From Wickerhamiella versatilis (lineage: Eukaryota), in assembly GCA_030867685.1 (NCBI GenBank), contig JAQOWU010000008.1:4154001-4218000 (forward strand): a DNA stretch of 64,000 bases, given 5' to 3'. Positions 31,089-42,888 of this stretch are shown here, piece after piece. The notes below the pieces were generated by a model. It did not search any database, was not told the origin of the DNA, and saw only the letters and a program-made list of their open reading frames with translations. Within the stretch, counting starts at the first letter, position 1, and every line of letters begins with the position of its first letter. The position numbers and the translations under genes are program-made.

Positions 31089-31952
31089 ATGCACATCAGA
31101 GGGCTCGCTCTGGCAGTTGGGTCTGTCCTGGCAGCACTGCCTGTATATCTGGTAAACACGGAGGGCCTTGCCCCTCCAAAAAAACAGGTAGAGTCTTTCA
31201 TGGGACCTCTTTTGTTCTCGCACTTTACCGGTGATGGGCATACTGATGATATCGATGCGACAGCTGATTTGCTCGAAACGCTGAACTATGTACCTGGTAT
31301 TTTCATGGATGATCGTGCCGCGAAGGTGGTTGTGTTGACTGATCTGTCCAAGAGAGTGATCGAAAATTTGCTTGGAACCCCACTTTTCGAGCTTGAAGAA
31401 GGTGCCAACAGTTTCTTGCAAGGTAGCTCTCCTTATCCCACAGTTTCAAGTGCGTCCGATGTTGAGGAGAGCAATTCAACGATTTTGGAGATCTCTAGCA
31501 ATTCAGTAAACCCAGCGAAGCTCATGCACGATCTCAGAGCCTTACGCAGTAAGATCATGCTCGTAGGAGTACCCAAGGGCCACAATGTACCACAGTTGAC
31601 GAAAGTAAGTAATCAGCCCATGGTAAGCTCTCGAGCAGAAAAGAAAACTTCCGATATTGCTAAATTCAATTCGGTGGATGAGTGCCAGGCAGCTACTAAT
31701 TTCTGCTCTGGACGTGGCGATTGTGTAGGTATCGCTGGTTCATATCGCTGCAGTTGTAAAGCAGTCCAGTCAAATGGCTATACTTATAAGTTTGGTGGAG
31801 TTGATTGCGCCAAAAGAGATATTAGCATGCAGTTTCACCTGCTAGCGTGGACTACCATCGCCATTGTCTTCTCCCTGACTTTCGGAATAGGGATGGTTTT
31901 TAGCCTAGATTCTGAGCCGCTTCCAGGTATCTTGACTGCTTTAACTAAGTAA
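31089..31952 (+). CDS. Type I membrane protein with EGF-like DUF3844 domain
   Basis: Signal peptide; CQAATNFCSGRGDC..CSC..FGGVDCAKRDISMQF, then a transmembrane helix and EPLPGIL tail. Confidence 0.8.
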   Translation: MHIRGLALAVGSVLAALPVYLVNTEGLAPPKKQVESFMGPLLFSHFTGDGHTDDIDATADLLETLNYVPGIFMDDRAAKVVVLTDLSKRVIENLLGTPLFELEEGANSFLQGSSPYPTVSSASDVEESNSTILEISSNSVNPAKLMHDLRALRSKIMLVGVPKGHNVPQLTKVSNQPMVSSRAEKKTSDIAKFNSVDECQAATNFCSGRGDCVGIAGSYRCSCKAVQSNGYTYKFGGVDCAKRDISMQFHLLAWTTIAIVFSLTFGIGMVFSLDSEPLPGILTALTK

Positions 31953-32037
31953 ATGTTAAATGAAGGTATAAATGAAATTCGATTAATTGTTGATATCCCT
32001 GCATATGCTGATGCTTAAGTAAAATATAGATTAGGAA

Positions 32038-33726
32038 ATGGACTATCCCTTCCCCTCTCGTAAATCTGTGGTGCATTCTACCAAAGGTATAGCTGCATCA
32101 ACTCAGCCATTGGCCTCGGCGGTAGGAATTAAAATTCTTGATAAGGGTGGAAATGCAGCAGATGCAGCAGTAGCAATGGCTGCGGCTATGGGGGTGACGG
32201 AGCCTATGATGACAGGGATTGGTGGCGATACTTTTTGCTTGTGGTACGATGCTAGCGATGGTTCGGTATCAGGCTTCAATGGAAGCGGTAAATCGTCCCG
32301 TAACTTTGATGCTGATGCGATTCGTAAGTTATATCCAGATAGAGAATATCTTCCGCTCCATAGCGGTTTAGCGGTAAATGCACCAGGTGCACCAGCTGCA
32401 TGGGTTGATATTCTCGAAAAATGGGGTACCTTGCCATTGAATTCTGTCTTGGAGCCAGCGATTGAGCTTGCTGATAAGGGTTTCCCTGTATCCGCTATAT
32501 GTAGTTCTATGTGGAAGAATTCAAGTTCCTCTTTGCGCAAGGTCAGTCCTCACACATGTGCAGATTTGCTACCAACTGGAAAAGCTCCATCTGAAGGCGA
32601 CTTGTTTGTAAACCCAAAGCTCGCTGAAACGTATCGTACACTTGCTCGCGAGGGTAAAAAAGGATTCTACGAGGGCAGAATAGCGGACGCTATTGTTTCA
32701 GCTGTTTCTGAACATGGAGGTGCCTTGGATCATGAAGATCTTCGAAGTCACAGTAACCTGTTTTTGAAACCTCTGTCTATCGCGGTCAACGACCAGATAA
32801 CCCTACACGAACTACCCCCGAACAACCACGGAATTGTAGCTCTGATTGCTATAGGTATAATAAATACTCTTCAAAAGCAAGGACGCATTGACCTCACTAA
32901 AATGGATCATAACTCGCCGGAGTACTTACATTTAATCGTAGAGGCATTGAAGTTCGCCTTCAAGGATGCTGAATACTATATTGGTGATCCTCACGAATCA
33001 AAGGATGACTTGACTTCTCTACTTACTGATGATTATCTAGAGTCACGGGCAGCTCTTTTCAATCCGGACAAAGTTAATAACGACTATGAACATGGGGAAA
33101 TCATACCAGCTAGTGCCGCATCTGACACGGCATACTTTTGTGTTTCGGACTCTGAGGGTAATTCTTGCTCAATAATTGCTTCGCTATATCACTCTTTTGG
33201 TTCATGTATTATCCCGTCTAATGTTGGTTTCGCGCTTCACAACCGAGGGTGTAACTTTACATTGAAGAAAGGGGCGAGAAATTCGATAGGGCCTTCAAAG
33301 CGTCCCTATCACACAATTATTCCCGCCATGTTAACTTCAGGTCGAGACTTGTATGCGAATTACGGCGTTATGGGTGGCTTCATGCAGCCTCAGGGACATG
33401 TCCAAGTGGCATTGAATCTCTGTAGTTTTGGAATGAACCCTCAAGTGGCCCTCGATGCTCCGAGAATTTGCATCTCTCCTCTTACTGACAATGGCGGAAT
33501 GCCCTCGAATGGCATCGTTGTGAACCTTGAGGAAGGGGTTTCTTCGCAAACTCGCGATAAGTTAGAAAGCTTGGGTCACAAAGTTAATATTGTTCGCGGT
33601 CCTTTGCGCAGTTTATTTGGGCGAGGTCAGGTTATCCTACGGAGCATTTCTGACAATGGATTACCGGATGCTTGGCATGCAGGTAGCGATTTGCGTGGTG
33701 ATGGTGCTGCTATACCTCAAGTTTAA
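32038..33726 (+). CDS. Gamma-glutamyltranspeptidase-like Ntn hydrolase (YwrD/LmbA type, no signal anchor)
   Basis: GGNAADAAVA, TGIGGD, nucleophile context SD|TAYF, KRPYHTIIPAM, GVMGGFMQPQGH, SDLRGDG. Confidence 0.92.
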   Translation: MDYPFPSRKSVVHSTKGIAASTQPLASAVGIKILDKGGNAADAAVAMAAAMGVTEPMMTGIGGDTFCLWYDASDGSVSGFNGSGKSSRNFDADAIRKLYPDREYLPLHSGLAVNAPGAPAAWVDILEKWGTLPLNSVLEPAIELADKGFPVSAICSSMWKNSSSSLRKVSPHTCADLLPTGKAPSEGDLFVNPKLAETYRTLAREGKKGFYEGRIADAIVSAVSEHGGALDHEDLRSHSNLFLKPLSIAVNDQITLHELPPNNHGIVALIAIGIINTLQKQGRIDLTKMDHNSPEYLHLIVEALKFAFKDAEYYIGDPHESKDDLTSLLTDDYLESRAALFNPDKVNNDYEHGEIIPASAASDTAYFCVSDSEGNSCSIIASLYHSFGSCIIPSNVGFALHNRGCNFTLKKGARNSIGPSKRPYHTIIPAMLTSGRDLYANYGVMGGFMQPQGHVQVALNLCSFGMNPQVALDAPRICISPLTDNGGMPSNGIVVNLEEGVSSQTRDKLESLGHKVNIVRGPLRSLFGRGQVILRSISDNGLPDAWHAGSDLRGDGAAIPQV

Positions 33727-33868
33727 AGTTTCCGGATTAAGAAATGCTTACTCGGTTGGGCAGCAGATGACACCATACTACTACCACAAGGTTGGCGGGA
33801 TGCTATGCTGCCAGCTATGATAATACGCACTTATACTCCCTTCTCTATCTTGAGTGGCAGATCAGAAA

Positions 33869-35536
33869 ATGAAGGAATTTTTTGTAGTTTTTGCACTGGC
33901 AGCTGCCCAGAATGGCAATAGACCCATGCGCCACGCGCAGCCATATCCTTTTTATGCTGCTTCATACCGGCCACAACAGCAAAACGAAGGATTCGCCGCT
34001 GAATCTGCTTCTACAAATTTCATTCAGATAGCAACCAATGCCGGATCGTATCAGACACCAGCTGTGGATCATGTTGCTCAAGGAGGCTCCCAGTCTCACC
34101 AGGCAATGCCAGAAAGTTCTAACATTTTCGAAAATCAACAAACACCAGCTTCTGACATTAGAATGAAGGGCGCACCTCCTGCGGGCACAAAAAACGATGG
34201 TGAACGCAATGTCGCTCCACAAATGCAGGGAGCTCATTCAAACGATGCTAAAAATCAAGAGTGGCCAAACACAAACAATGCTGCTGCTCAAGTACAGCCC
34301 CCTCATGGTCGTATTGTTCTTGAGGAAGCATTTGAAAAACAAGCCAACTCCCAATATAGGCCTTACGACGGACCAACGCCTACAGCATTGGATCATTATA
34401 GCTATTTTTCGTGGGATAATGCTGGTGGGACGGCATTTAGTTCTAGTTACGAATCAATTGCAGAGTCAACTTTCCCAGGCTACGACTCACACTCAACAGA
34501 ATATTCCATTGGACATTCAACTACTTCCGTACCTTCGAATGGAGCAAGCCTGAGTGGTCACAGCTCTTACACTGAGAAAAGTTTAAGGCCAAGTGGCCAT
34601 CATAGGCATCACAGCACTGTGTCTAGTGTGCTTCCGTCTGCAACCCTTTCTATCTCCAGCGAATCAGCTGGAACAGCACATCCTGAGTTTCCATGGGATA
34701 CAACTTCCAGCTCAGGATATGCATCAACTAGTAAAGCCGTGGAAAATACAGCACATCCTAACTTCCCATGGGATTCTCCTTCGAGCATAACAAGCTCATT
34801 AGCGACTGGCCAAACACATGGGCATAACACATCCGCGTTTCCTTGGGATTCATTTTCCACTGCTAGCAAGTCGATAACAACATCACCCGAATTCCCATGG
34901 GATTCTTCCTTCAGCTCATCGTCAATCACTCAAACAAGCCCATTTCCTTGGGACGCCACAGCTGCTTCACCTAGTTATCGTATTCTCATCCATGAAAATG
35001 CTCTTGATGCTTCTGAAGAGACTAGTTCCAGCTTCCACTGGGTCTTTCCTTGGGAAACTTCCAGTTCTGGAGTGCCTTCTGCCCTGGCTGTCTCGAGCTC
35101 GTCTGCTTCTCCAACTCCATCAGCTGTATCTTCCATTAAGCTTACTTCGTCGATACAACCAGCACCAGGTATGACGGTTACGACTTCTTCAGAACCAACA
35201 AATGTACTCCCTCAAACAAGTGTCGTATATGAAACTTCAGTCGAATATTCAACTCAATCTAGTGAAATGGTATCCTCAATCTCATCAGCTTCATCAGCAG
35301 AGATTGAAACTTACACCTCAGGCGCACCATCAATTACGAGCCTGACGTATCCTGCTATTACTAGTGATAGCACTGACACTGATACCGCCACTTCTGTGAC
35401 TAGCTTCGATGATTCAGAGACTGCTACTAGTAGTGATACCTTTTCTTTTACTCCCCTTACATCTTCACACCATCATCACTGGTGGCAGTTTGGGCATCAC
35501 GGTCTTGTTTACTCTGCTCCGACAAGCATTGCCTAA
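33869..35536 (+). CDS. Secreted Ser/Thr-rich protein with FPWD repeats
   Basis: Short signal peptide MKEFFVVFALAAA; six FPW[DE] motifs; mucin-like S/T stalk; His/Trp-rich C-terminus. Confidence 0.75.
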   Translation: MKEFFVVFALAAAQNGNRPMRHAQPYPFYAASYRPQQQNEGFAAESASTNFIQIATNAGSYQTPAVDHVAQGGSQSHQAMPESSNIFENQQTPASDIRMKGAPPAGTKNDGERNVAPQMQGAHSNDAKNQEWPNTNNAAAQVQPPHGRIVLEEAFEKQANSQYRPYDGPTPTALDHYSYFSWDNAGGTAFSSSYESIAESTFPGYDSHSTEYSIGHSTTSVPSNGASLSGHSSYTEKSLRPSGHHRHHSTVSSVLPSATLSISSESAGTAHPEFPWDTTSSSGYASTSKAVENTAHPNFPWDSPSSITSSLATGQTHGHNTSAFPWDSFSTASKSITTSPEFPWDSSFSSSSITQTSPFPWDATAASPSYRILIHENALDASEETSSSFHWVFPWETSSSGVPSALAVSSSSASPTPSAVSSIKLTSSIQPAPGMTVTTSSEPTNVLPQTSVVYETSVEYSTQSSEMVSSISSASSAEIETYTSGAPSITSLTYPAITSDSTDTDTATSVTSFDDSETATSSDTFSFTPLTSSHHHHWWQFGHHGLVYSAPTSIA

Positions 35537-35657
35537 TAGAAATGCTTGTTAAATTTTATCATTTCTAGTTATAAAACTAAGACTTTAGGAAGTTCAGGGA
35601 CCGTTACGTAGATTTTTCTTTTAATAGACCACAGAGATGAATTTTGTCACTAGACCA

Positions 35658-37448
35658 TTATACTGCTTTTCCAAGTTCATCGCACTGTTTAACAAAATCT
35701 GATGGGGAGCCAATGTCAGTAGCTCCATATACAACGCTCTTTCCAGGTTGAGTTGCCACCCATTCGGCAACATTAGCATACTCATAGAAGTTTCCACCAC
35801 CTATCATACAGACAAGGCACTCATCATGGGAACTGCGTTTCGGGGGTTTTGTGAGAGAACCACGTGACTCGCGGGGGTCAAAGTACAAATAGTCGTCGGT
35901 AACGCCGGAACCATTATTTGGCTCCAACAAGTTTTCAACTATTCTAGTAAGTGGAAGAGAGGTACGTCCCTCGGGAAGAAAGCTTCTAACACCAGAAACC
36001 AAGGATCCGAATCCCTCAGTGAGCGAAGCCCCTTGGTTAAGACGCTCAGTTAGTCGGGATGTGATTCCCGTAACTCGCTGAAACAATGCAGCGTCTTGCG
36101 TCTTCGAGGGTGCAGAGGCACTTTGCGAAACCATATTCATTTTAGAAATTTCTTTTGTCCTCCTAACATATCGCAAGGCTGTAAGGTCGCATCCTTGTTC
36201 AGTCAAAGCCGCTTCCAAGTCCTGCTGATCAGCTGGTGAAAGTTTGGAATTAACAACATAGTAGAGTAAATAGAGACGGAGTTTATCTTCAGAGTTTGTG
36301 AAATCCCTGTTGGTGATCAAATCCTTGATTACACGAGGCGCTTGGCGCTGCGCAGTCTCTTCGGCTTCGAAAAGCTGAGCCAGGCCTCGGTCTCCTATTG
36401 CTTTTAGCAAAACCGTGGCAATATTCATGTGCATATCGATGCACGCCTTACGTGCTGTCAACTCAGGAAGAACGGTGATGGCACTTCTCAGATGCTGTGC
36501 ACCATTCTCCAAATCTGGATCAGCATTTCCCGTGAGGCGCTGCGCATCCTGCTTGTATTGATTCAATGCAGCATCCAGATTATCAGCCACCTCCGGAAAT
36601 GGTAGGCGTTTGTTATTCTCCCAGAACTCATCCTTCGGATCAAGATCATATAATTTGTCGCCGACATTAACTGAGTTGCGACGAAAATCGCATGTATCAC
36701 TTATAAGTGACTGGTATGTCCACGAATGTGTAAACATAGAGACTAAATCCACATTTCTATCAACAAGGACAAGCACTGGACATTTGGTCTCTGGAAGTCT
36801 TTGGCGCTGGTTTGCTATGTGTGATCTTAGACGCTCGTCGAGTGATTGTGCTACCATCTCGGCAGCATTTCCTCGAGAAGCGCGAATAATAGGTATGCAT
36901 CCTTGTGTTAAGAGCATACAAAAAAGTCCGTCTACGATGGAGCTTACCACGCTCTCAATTTCACTTTCGGAAGCACGAGGGTCACCGAGCTGCTGATAAA
37001 CTTGGGGGAGCTCTAAGGAATATATATCATCTTCAAGTACCGCAAATTGAAGGTATTGATCCCAAACTTGGTTTATACGCGCGGAGGTATGCAATGTTTT
37101 GCCAGCCAAGTCTTCGAGAAGGCTTCGCGTGAGAGGGCGCGTGAAATTTAAGCTCCAGCTTTGGTATAGATTCGAAGCAACGTCTTGACCAATGCGCTGG
37201 ATGTTCGAGGCTGTAGGTTCCACAAAGTATACAGCAGGTACATCTGCTAAAGGTGCTCTATCTGCGTCAAGCAAGAGATGCAAAGTGACACCATTGCTGA
37301 AGAGATCTGACATACGTAGCACACTGGATATAATATCTCTCCCTACCTTGTCAAACACAAGAACTTTCCAAACGGTATCGGTTTCCTGCTCGGCGTTAAA
37401 CCGGAGCATACGCACAAGGGCAGCTGTCTGCTTCGCCCTCAACGACAT
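35658..37448 (-). CDS. SLY1: Sec1/Munc18 family ER-Golgi protein
   Basis: [63 protein letters not shown]. Confidence 0.95.
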   Translation of the reverse strand: MSLRAKQTAALVRMLRFNAEQETDTVWKVLVFDKVGRDIISSVLRMSDLFSNGVTLHLLLDADRAPLADVPAVYFVEPTASNIQRIGQDVASNLYQSWSLNFTRPLTRSLLEDLAGKTLHTSARINQVWDQYLQFAVLEDDIYSLELPQVYQQLGDPRASESEIESVVSSIVDGLFCMLLTQGCIPIIRASRGNAAEMVAQSLDERLRSHIANQRQRLPETKCPVLVLVDRNVDLVSMFTHSWTYQSLISDTCDFRRNSVNVGDKLYDLDPKDEFWENNKRLPFPEVADNLDAALNQYKQDAQRLTGNADPDLENGAQHLRSAITVLPELTARKACIDMHMNIATVLLKAIGDRGLAQLFEAEETAQRQAPRVIKDLITNRDFTNSEDKLRLYLLYYVVNSKLSPADQQDLEAALTEQGCDLTALRYVRRTKEISKMNMVSQSASAPSKTQDAALFQRVTGITSRLTERLNQGASLTEGFGSLVSGVRSFLPEGRTSLPLTRIVENLLEPNNGSGVTDDYLYFDPRESRGSLTKPPKRSSHDECLVCMIGGGNFYEYANVAEWVATQPGKSVVYGATDIGSPSDFVKQCDELGKAV

Positions 37449-37665
37449 GCTTATCTAATGAATTTTGCAATCCTCCTATGGTGATGCAGGTTGTCCAAGC
37501 CATTTTGATCGATTTAATTATAATTTAACTAGTTTGTAATAGGTAGATTAAGCTCGAAGTAATTTCGCTGATTTCAAAGATAAGTCGTTGGATCACACGA
37601 GTAACACAGGGGCGTCGCATATCCATACGGGAGCGCCAGATATGTACAGTTAATGCCGCTATAGT

Positions 37666-38124
37666 TCAATTATACTGCATTGTAGGAGGTGAAATTATTT
37701 CTCCAGTTGCGAATGGGTTCATGTGTACAATAGCTTTTTTGATAGTCGCGCCATGAAGCTCCATTTCATCGAGAACATCATATCCATCAACTATAAACCC
37801 AAAATGTGTTTGTGCACTATGATCAAACCGATGGAAGTTGCCAAATACAATAAAGAAGCCATTCCGGCCAGGTTTTGATAGGCATAGAGATCCTCTCTTA
37901 ATTTCTGGGTGCTCATGCGCCTCTATCTCTTTTCCCAGGCCATAATAAGAATGCGACTTTACTTTAAATTGAGCAAGGAGTTGAGGTTTCACGGGACCAG
38001 CGGTACAACCATTTAAAGATCCCGATGCTGCCTGCTGAAGAAAATTGATGCACGCAACAGGTGCCCGGTCATACAGTAAATGAAACCGCATATTTCCATG
38101 CTCAGTCTGCAGTGATACCGACAT
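37666..38124 (-). CDS. Divergent cyclophilin, PPIL3/Cyp10-like, probably catalytically inactive
   Basis: MSVSLQT..APVACINFL..ASG..NGC start, FGFIVDGYDVLDEME and VHMNPFA end resemble PPIL3; FHR motif absent. Confidence 0.7.
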   Translation of the reverse strand: MSVSLQTEHGNMRFHLLYDRAPVACINFLQQAASGSLNGCTAGPVKPQLLAQFKVKSHSYYGLGKEIEAHEHPEIKRGSLCLSKPGRNGFFIVFGNFHRFDHSAQTHFGFIVDGYDVLDEMELHGATIKKAIVHMNPFATGEIISPPTMQYN

Positions 38125-38236
38125 TTGCGCCTGTTATCAACTGGCAACTGCGGTATCTTTAAGTATAAATATATAGATATGTGGTTATCTAATACGTTGG
38201 TAGGATCATAAATTACCTGAATTACGTGTAAATAAA

Positions 38237-39930
38237 TCATGCAAAACTGAAAGTAAGACCTTTATTATCCGCGATTTCATTCCAATCGACATATTTATTG
38301 CCATTTTCGTCATGGAGCCATACCTCCTTCATAAGACTCTCCACACGTTGGACATTACCGGCTGAAATACGCTTGGACATGGCAGCAAATAGCTCCAAAA
38401 TCCATTCACGCCGTCCTGCATCAGCGCAGCAAATACCAGCTATAAATAGTGGGAATATCAAACAACCTTCTACTTGTGTCGTTAGTAAAGGTGTTAGAAA
38501 TTTCAATAAATGATGGTGACCGCATCGAATTAAAACGCACGAAGAGTTCAATCTCAGGACAGACTGATACAAATGTAATACAGCGACCTGCTGAAAAGCC
38601 TCAAACAGCATAACCTGCAACTTCAATTCCTCGCTATCGAGATTAATCAATATTTCTGGGTCAGGCCTTTCTTTCCAGACTTGTTGCTCTATCGCATACG
38701 CTTTGGTCTGAATTGAGAAACATAAATCGACATCGTTCGGCGCTACCCGGATCTCGCGACTGAGTTCGTTTATCATGGCGAAGGTAACAAATATAGGCTC
38801 ACAGCAAGCGCATAAAGAATCTGGAAGCTTTGCTGTAGATTGCGAAAAAATAAACTCAAAATCACTGCTGGAAAAAAGTGTTGGAGCGCTCAAAGAAGAG
38901 GTCATCATAATAGATTTATAGGCAAAGTTCTTCAGAAGCCAACGAACACTTTCACTCTCCATGAAGCTTGTCAGACCTCCACGTTGATGAATTACTTTAG
39001 CGGCCCAGAGCATGTACTGACGCCAATCACTTACATCACCTGAACAAATTTTTGCTGAGGCTATAATTAAAAGAACAGCTAGGACTTCTTCTTTGGACCT
39101 TGGCACTACTTCGTCATCTTGAAGGTACTTCGCAGATTCACTCAAATATCGTTTGCCCATTTCCTCATTGCCTGAGTGAAAGCTCGCCCACGCGAGAATT
39201 CCGTGTAAAACAGGCCTGAACCTCAGTGACATCGCCAAGAACACACTACGGAAATGGTTCAAAGTACTAACCGACATCAATTGCGACTGTTTATCGCGAA
39301 AATATTGAAAAAGCTTTATCTCCTCTGGGCCCAGGTCTGGATATGTCTGCTTTAGGACTGCAAGGGTCGGCTTTGGTTCTACATCTGCAACATCACTCGA
39401 AGAGTATGACATGGGCTGAAATTGCACCTGCTTCATAGTAGTGGTGGAGCTATCAGTATTTAGATGATCTGGAACTTCAGAAGTATGATAAGTTGCGGTT
39501 GTTAGGTCTAGAGGCGGAGGAGTCGCTGAACTCACATCGAGTGACTCGAAACATACGTCTGTGAAATGCAATGGGAAAGAAAGATCACTGACCAGCGATG
39601 GAGAAAATTCGACGCAACGACTGTTGTCCATAATTGATTCTGGCTTAAACGGAGCCTCGAACCCTACTAAATTTTCACCACTCGTACCACTTGGTTTTTC
39701 GGCTGCAGAGAGATCAATGCCCGTTTTTTTTTCTTCTTATTTTTTCTATCACCGGGTAATGGATAGGTACATTGTAAATGCAAGCGCATACACGCTTTGC
39801 AAATAGGCCGGCATTCGTCACACCGCTTTTTTCTACGGCGGCACGTTAAGCATCCACTTCTGGATCTTCTAATAATATTTTCCTTTTCATCGACTGATTT
39901 TGAGACTGCTATATCAGTGGCTATAGCCAT
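38237..39930 (-). CDS. Zn2Cys6 transcription factor with Fungal_trans_2-type domain, split by a -1 frameshift (join 39930..~39724 and ~39724..38237)
   Basis: RSRSGCLTCRRRKKRCDECRPICKACMRLHLQC in one frame; the 464-aa body (LIFPLFIAG, YVDW) is in another frame that is open upstream to 39736; A9 run in the overlap. Confidence 0.8.
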
Positions 39931-40079
39931 GACACGAGCGTAAGACGTGACTCGTCCGAATCAGACTGGTTTGTCAGACTATGAATCTAATTAGCAAGAG
40001 TGTCGCTGATGATAAGTAACCACTCTGCTTACGGTAATCCATTTCGTCCGCCACACTTTGACGTGCACCGCTTAAAAGC

Positions 40080-40592
40080 ATGAGTGAAACCACAGGAGAT
40101 ACAGCCTCTAATCAAAAGGTTCAGCTAATAAGTGCTGACGGTGTCCTCTATGAGGTTGATGTTGCTGTAGCCAAGCAAAGCCAATTGTTGAAGCATATGA
40201 TGGAGGATATTGATGGCGAGTTCTTGGAGATACCTGTTCCTAACGTTCAATCCAATGTTTTGAAAAAGGTGCTTGAGTACATGGAATATCATAAAGAGGA
40301 TCCGCAATCCAGCCTATCCGAAGAGGGAATTGCGCGCGCCAAGGCAAATGAAATCAGTCCGTGGGATCAAAAGTTCCTACAAGTGGACCAGGAAATGCTT
40401 TTTGAAATTATCTTGACAGCAAACTACCTTGATATCCGCCCTCTTCTCGAGGTTGGTTGTCGGACGGTAGCAAATATGATCAAGAACAAATCACCCGAGG
40501 AGATTCGTAAAACGTTTAATATCCAGAATGACTTCACGCCAGAAGAAGAAGCACAAATCCGTCGTGAGCACGAGTGGGCGCAGGACCGCTAA
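40080..40592 (+). CDS. SKP1: SCF adaptor subunit
   Basis: [54 protein letters not shown]. Confidence 0.98.
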   Translation: MSETTGDTASNQKVQLISADGVLYEVDVAVAKQSQLLKHMMEDIDGEFLEIPVPNVQSNVLKKVLEYMEYHKEDPQSSLSEEGIARAKANEISPWDQKFLQVDQEMLFEIILTANYLDIRPLLEVGCRTVANMIKNKSPEEIRKTFNIQNDFTPEEEAQIRREHEWAQDR

Positions 40593-40754
40593 ATACTCTG
40601 TCTCGTCGTCTATCCTGGATTTAATCCTATAAACATAAGCTACATGAAAGGACTATAAAGAAAGAAGATAAAGCAATTACACTCCACTAATTTAGAAGTT
40701 TTTCTCCTTATACCTAAGGCTCTCTTTGTATGTATTTAAGTTAGAAACCCCGCA

Positions 40755-42338
40755 CTAGCGACCGCCACTGGCGCTGCGCCCTGCCTTCAGAAGCTCATCA
40801 CAGAGTAGCAAGTTCGAAGCAATCCCAGTCGCTGATGATATCGAATTCCTAATAACACGATATCCATCTAATATACCCATCTCAATAGGGTCGATTGGCT
40901 TGCCACTTGTCAGATCAATGCCAACAACTTCACCAGACGCAGCTGCGTCCTGTGCCTCACTCAGTGTCTCGAGAACGTGAAGTCCTGCATTTGCTGCCAA
41001 AGTCTTTGGAATTGCAAGAAGAGCTTCAGCGAATGCGATGATTCCCGGGCGTGTCTTGCCTTTAGCTTGTTCAACAAGATGGTGACACGCAGCGATCTGA
41101 AAAGCACCTGCTCCAGGAACGACATGTCTGTCGCCAATAGTATTTGCAACTGCACGCAGTCCATCACGCACTGCGTCATTTACCTGGTTCATAGTATATT
41201 GGTTGGGGCTTCTTATAAGAATAGTAGCACTCCGGGGATTCTTTACTTCATCGACAAAAGTAAATCTCTCCTCACCAATGATTTCCTGATAAACGCTACC
41301 TGCCCAACCGAGAACTTCGGGGTTCAGATCGTCTACCGCATTTTGTGCTGTACCACCGCAAATGAGCTGAAGTCGCTCCATATTCCGACGCTTGGCACGG
41401 CGAAGCGCCATGATACCATTAGCAGCCAGAACTGAAAGTGATTCGGGATCAATGCCCTTCTGGTTGATAACAACAAAAGCAGATCCATCCTTGGTTACCT
41501 CATTCTTCAATTTTACTATTTTTTCCAATTTGGCATCCACAAACCGGCGCTCAGAATCAACCAACTTTTCCCGTTGTTCCGCAGAGGAGTAGTAAAATCC
41601 TGAGTTAACCTCTGTCTTCTCATATTCCAGGCTAACATTTAAAATTAGAATATGAGCATTTCTGACAGCGCGTGGCATATCGGGATGTCGAGGCCCATGG
41701 TCAAGCACCAAGCCGCGCACGAGTCTGGTGTCGGTCGCGGTCAAGTACTGCATCTTTTGAATTTCCACCATATGCAAATCAAGTCGCTGGTCGGACTCTT
41801 TCCAAACGGTCAACACTGCATCAGTAATGATAGGAACCAGATGTTCCGCAAGATCTGGACGAACCTTTGTGGATACTGAAGCCCTTGTTACCTGTAGCAA
41901 TAGGTCCCTTGTGATGCTAACTGGCCTTTTAAAACTTTCCAAAAACTTCAAGGTTTCTTCTCTTGCCGTCTCAAATCCGTCAGTTATGACACGGGGATGC
42001 AAGCCTTCGCTGATATAGCGGTTTGCCTCCCTAAGTAGAGCACCTACATATAGACACACAGAGGTTGTTCCGTCTCCTGTAATCTCATCCTGAGCGCTAG
42101 CTACACGAGCAATCATGATTGCAGTTGGGTGCTGTATTTGCATCTCACTCAAAAGTACTTTTCCATCTTTCGTGAGCTTTATATTCCCTGCGCCGTCGAC
42201 CAACATTTTCACCGTACCTTTTGGGCCTAAGTTAGAGCTTAACACCCCCTGAAGGCCCTGAGCGGCATTAATATTTACAGCAAGAGCAGCATTACGCCGC
42301 AAACTTTCTGCCTTTGGGTTCACCAACTGAACCGACAT
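40755..42338 (-). CDS. CCT6: Chaperonin CCT zeta subunit
   Basis: [58 protein letters not shown]. Confidence 0.98.
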   Translation of the reverse strand: MSVQLVNPKAESLRRNAALAVNINAAQGLQGVLSSNLGPKGTVKMLVDGAGNIKLTKDGKVLLSEMQIQHPTAIMIARVASAQDEITGDGTTSVCLYVGALLREANRYISEGLHPRVITDGFETAREETLKFLESFKRPVSITRDLLLQVTRASVSTKVRPDLAEHLVPIITDAVLTVWKESDQRLDLHMVEIQKMQYLTATDTRLVRGLVLDHGPRHPDMPRAVRNAHILILNVSLEYEKTEVNSGFYYSSAEQREKLVDSERRFVDAKLEKIVKLKNEVTKDGSAFVVINQKGIDPESLSVLAANGIMALRRAKRRNMERLQLICGGTAQNAVDDLNPEVLGWAGSVYQEIIGEERFTFVDEVKNPRSATILIRSPNQYTMNQVNDAVRDGLRAVANTIGDRHVVPGAGAFQIAACHHLVEQAKGKTRPGIIAFAEALLAIPKTLAANAGLHVLETLSEAQDAAASGEVVGIDLTSGKPIDPIEMGILDGYRVIRNSISSATGIASNLLLCDELLKAGRSASGGR

Positions 42339-42549
42339 GCTGTATTATGTAATATAGTCAGAAGAAGTATAGTGGTGTTAATGAAACTCACCATTCAAAA
42401 ATATAGAAGTTTTTGGTCTAGCATAAGAAAGCAATCAATCATATCATATCGGAACAGGGTAAATTATATTTTCCGACTTGCCGATTCCAAGCCATAGGCT
42501 TTATTGTTTTGGTGAATTGAGCTTTATTACTATAAATAAGATTCTGGGG

Positions 42550-42888
42550 CTAGTCTAGGATATCTTCGACCGCAGATTCATCTGGTACTTCGTATATATG
42601 ATGATTCCAACGGAAGCCCTGCGATTCAGCAAGGCAGAGTTCAAATGATGGCCAACCATTGTCATCGAACCCTGTGGGATGCATCCGAATCTTCTCCTTG
42701 AGCATACATTCAGCCAAAAAGCTTGATCGGCGCTTTGTAGGACGAGATAGCCGGCAGTGCGAATTGGGGGGAGAGGTTGAGGCGGAATCGGCCTGTGCAC
42801 TGGGAGCAATGGGGGGTTCTAAGGATTCACTGCTACTAGTACGGTGACGTACTTTACGAATTGGGGTTGGACGATAAGGGGGTGTCAT
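42550..42888 (-). CDS. Small hypothetical protein, possibly Rts3-like
   Basis: 112-aa ATG ORF; ESQGFRWN recalls a conserved Rts3-type motif (from memory, unverified). Confidence 0.5.
   Translation of the reverse strand: MTPPYRPTPIRKVRHRTSSSESLEPPIAPSAQADSASTSPPNSHCRLSRPTKRRSSFLAECMLKEKIRMHPTGFDDNGWPSFELCLAESQGFRWNHHIYEVPDESAVEDILD

Noticed and set aside
32038..33726. YwrD-like GGT as a recent bacterial horizontal transfer
   Set aside because: The N-terminus FPSRKSVVHSTKGI..TQPLA matches the widespread fungal subfamily as I recall it, and there are no operon-like bacterial neighbours; a phylogeny would be needed to claim transfer.
39660..39700. Intron explaining the split Zn2Cys6 gene
   Set aside because: GT..AG candidates span only about 21-27 nt and lack a CTAAC-type branch point.
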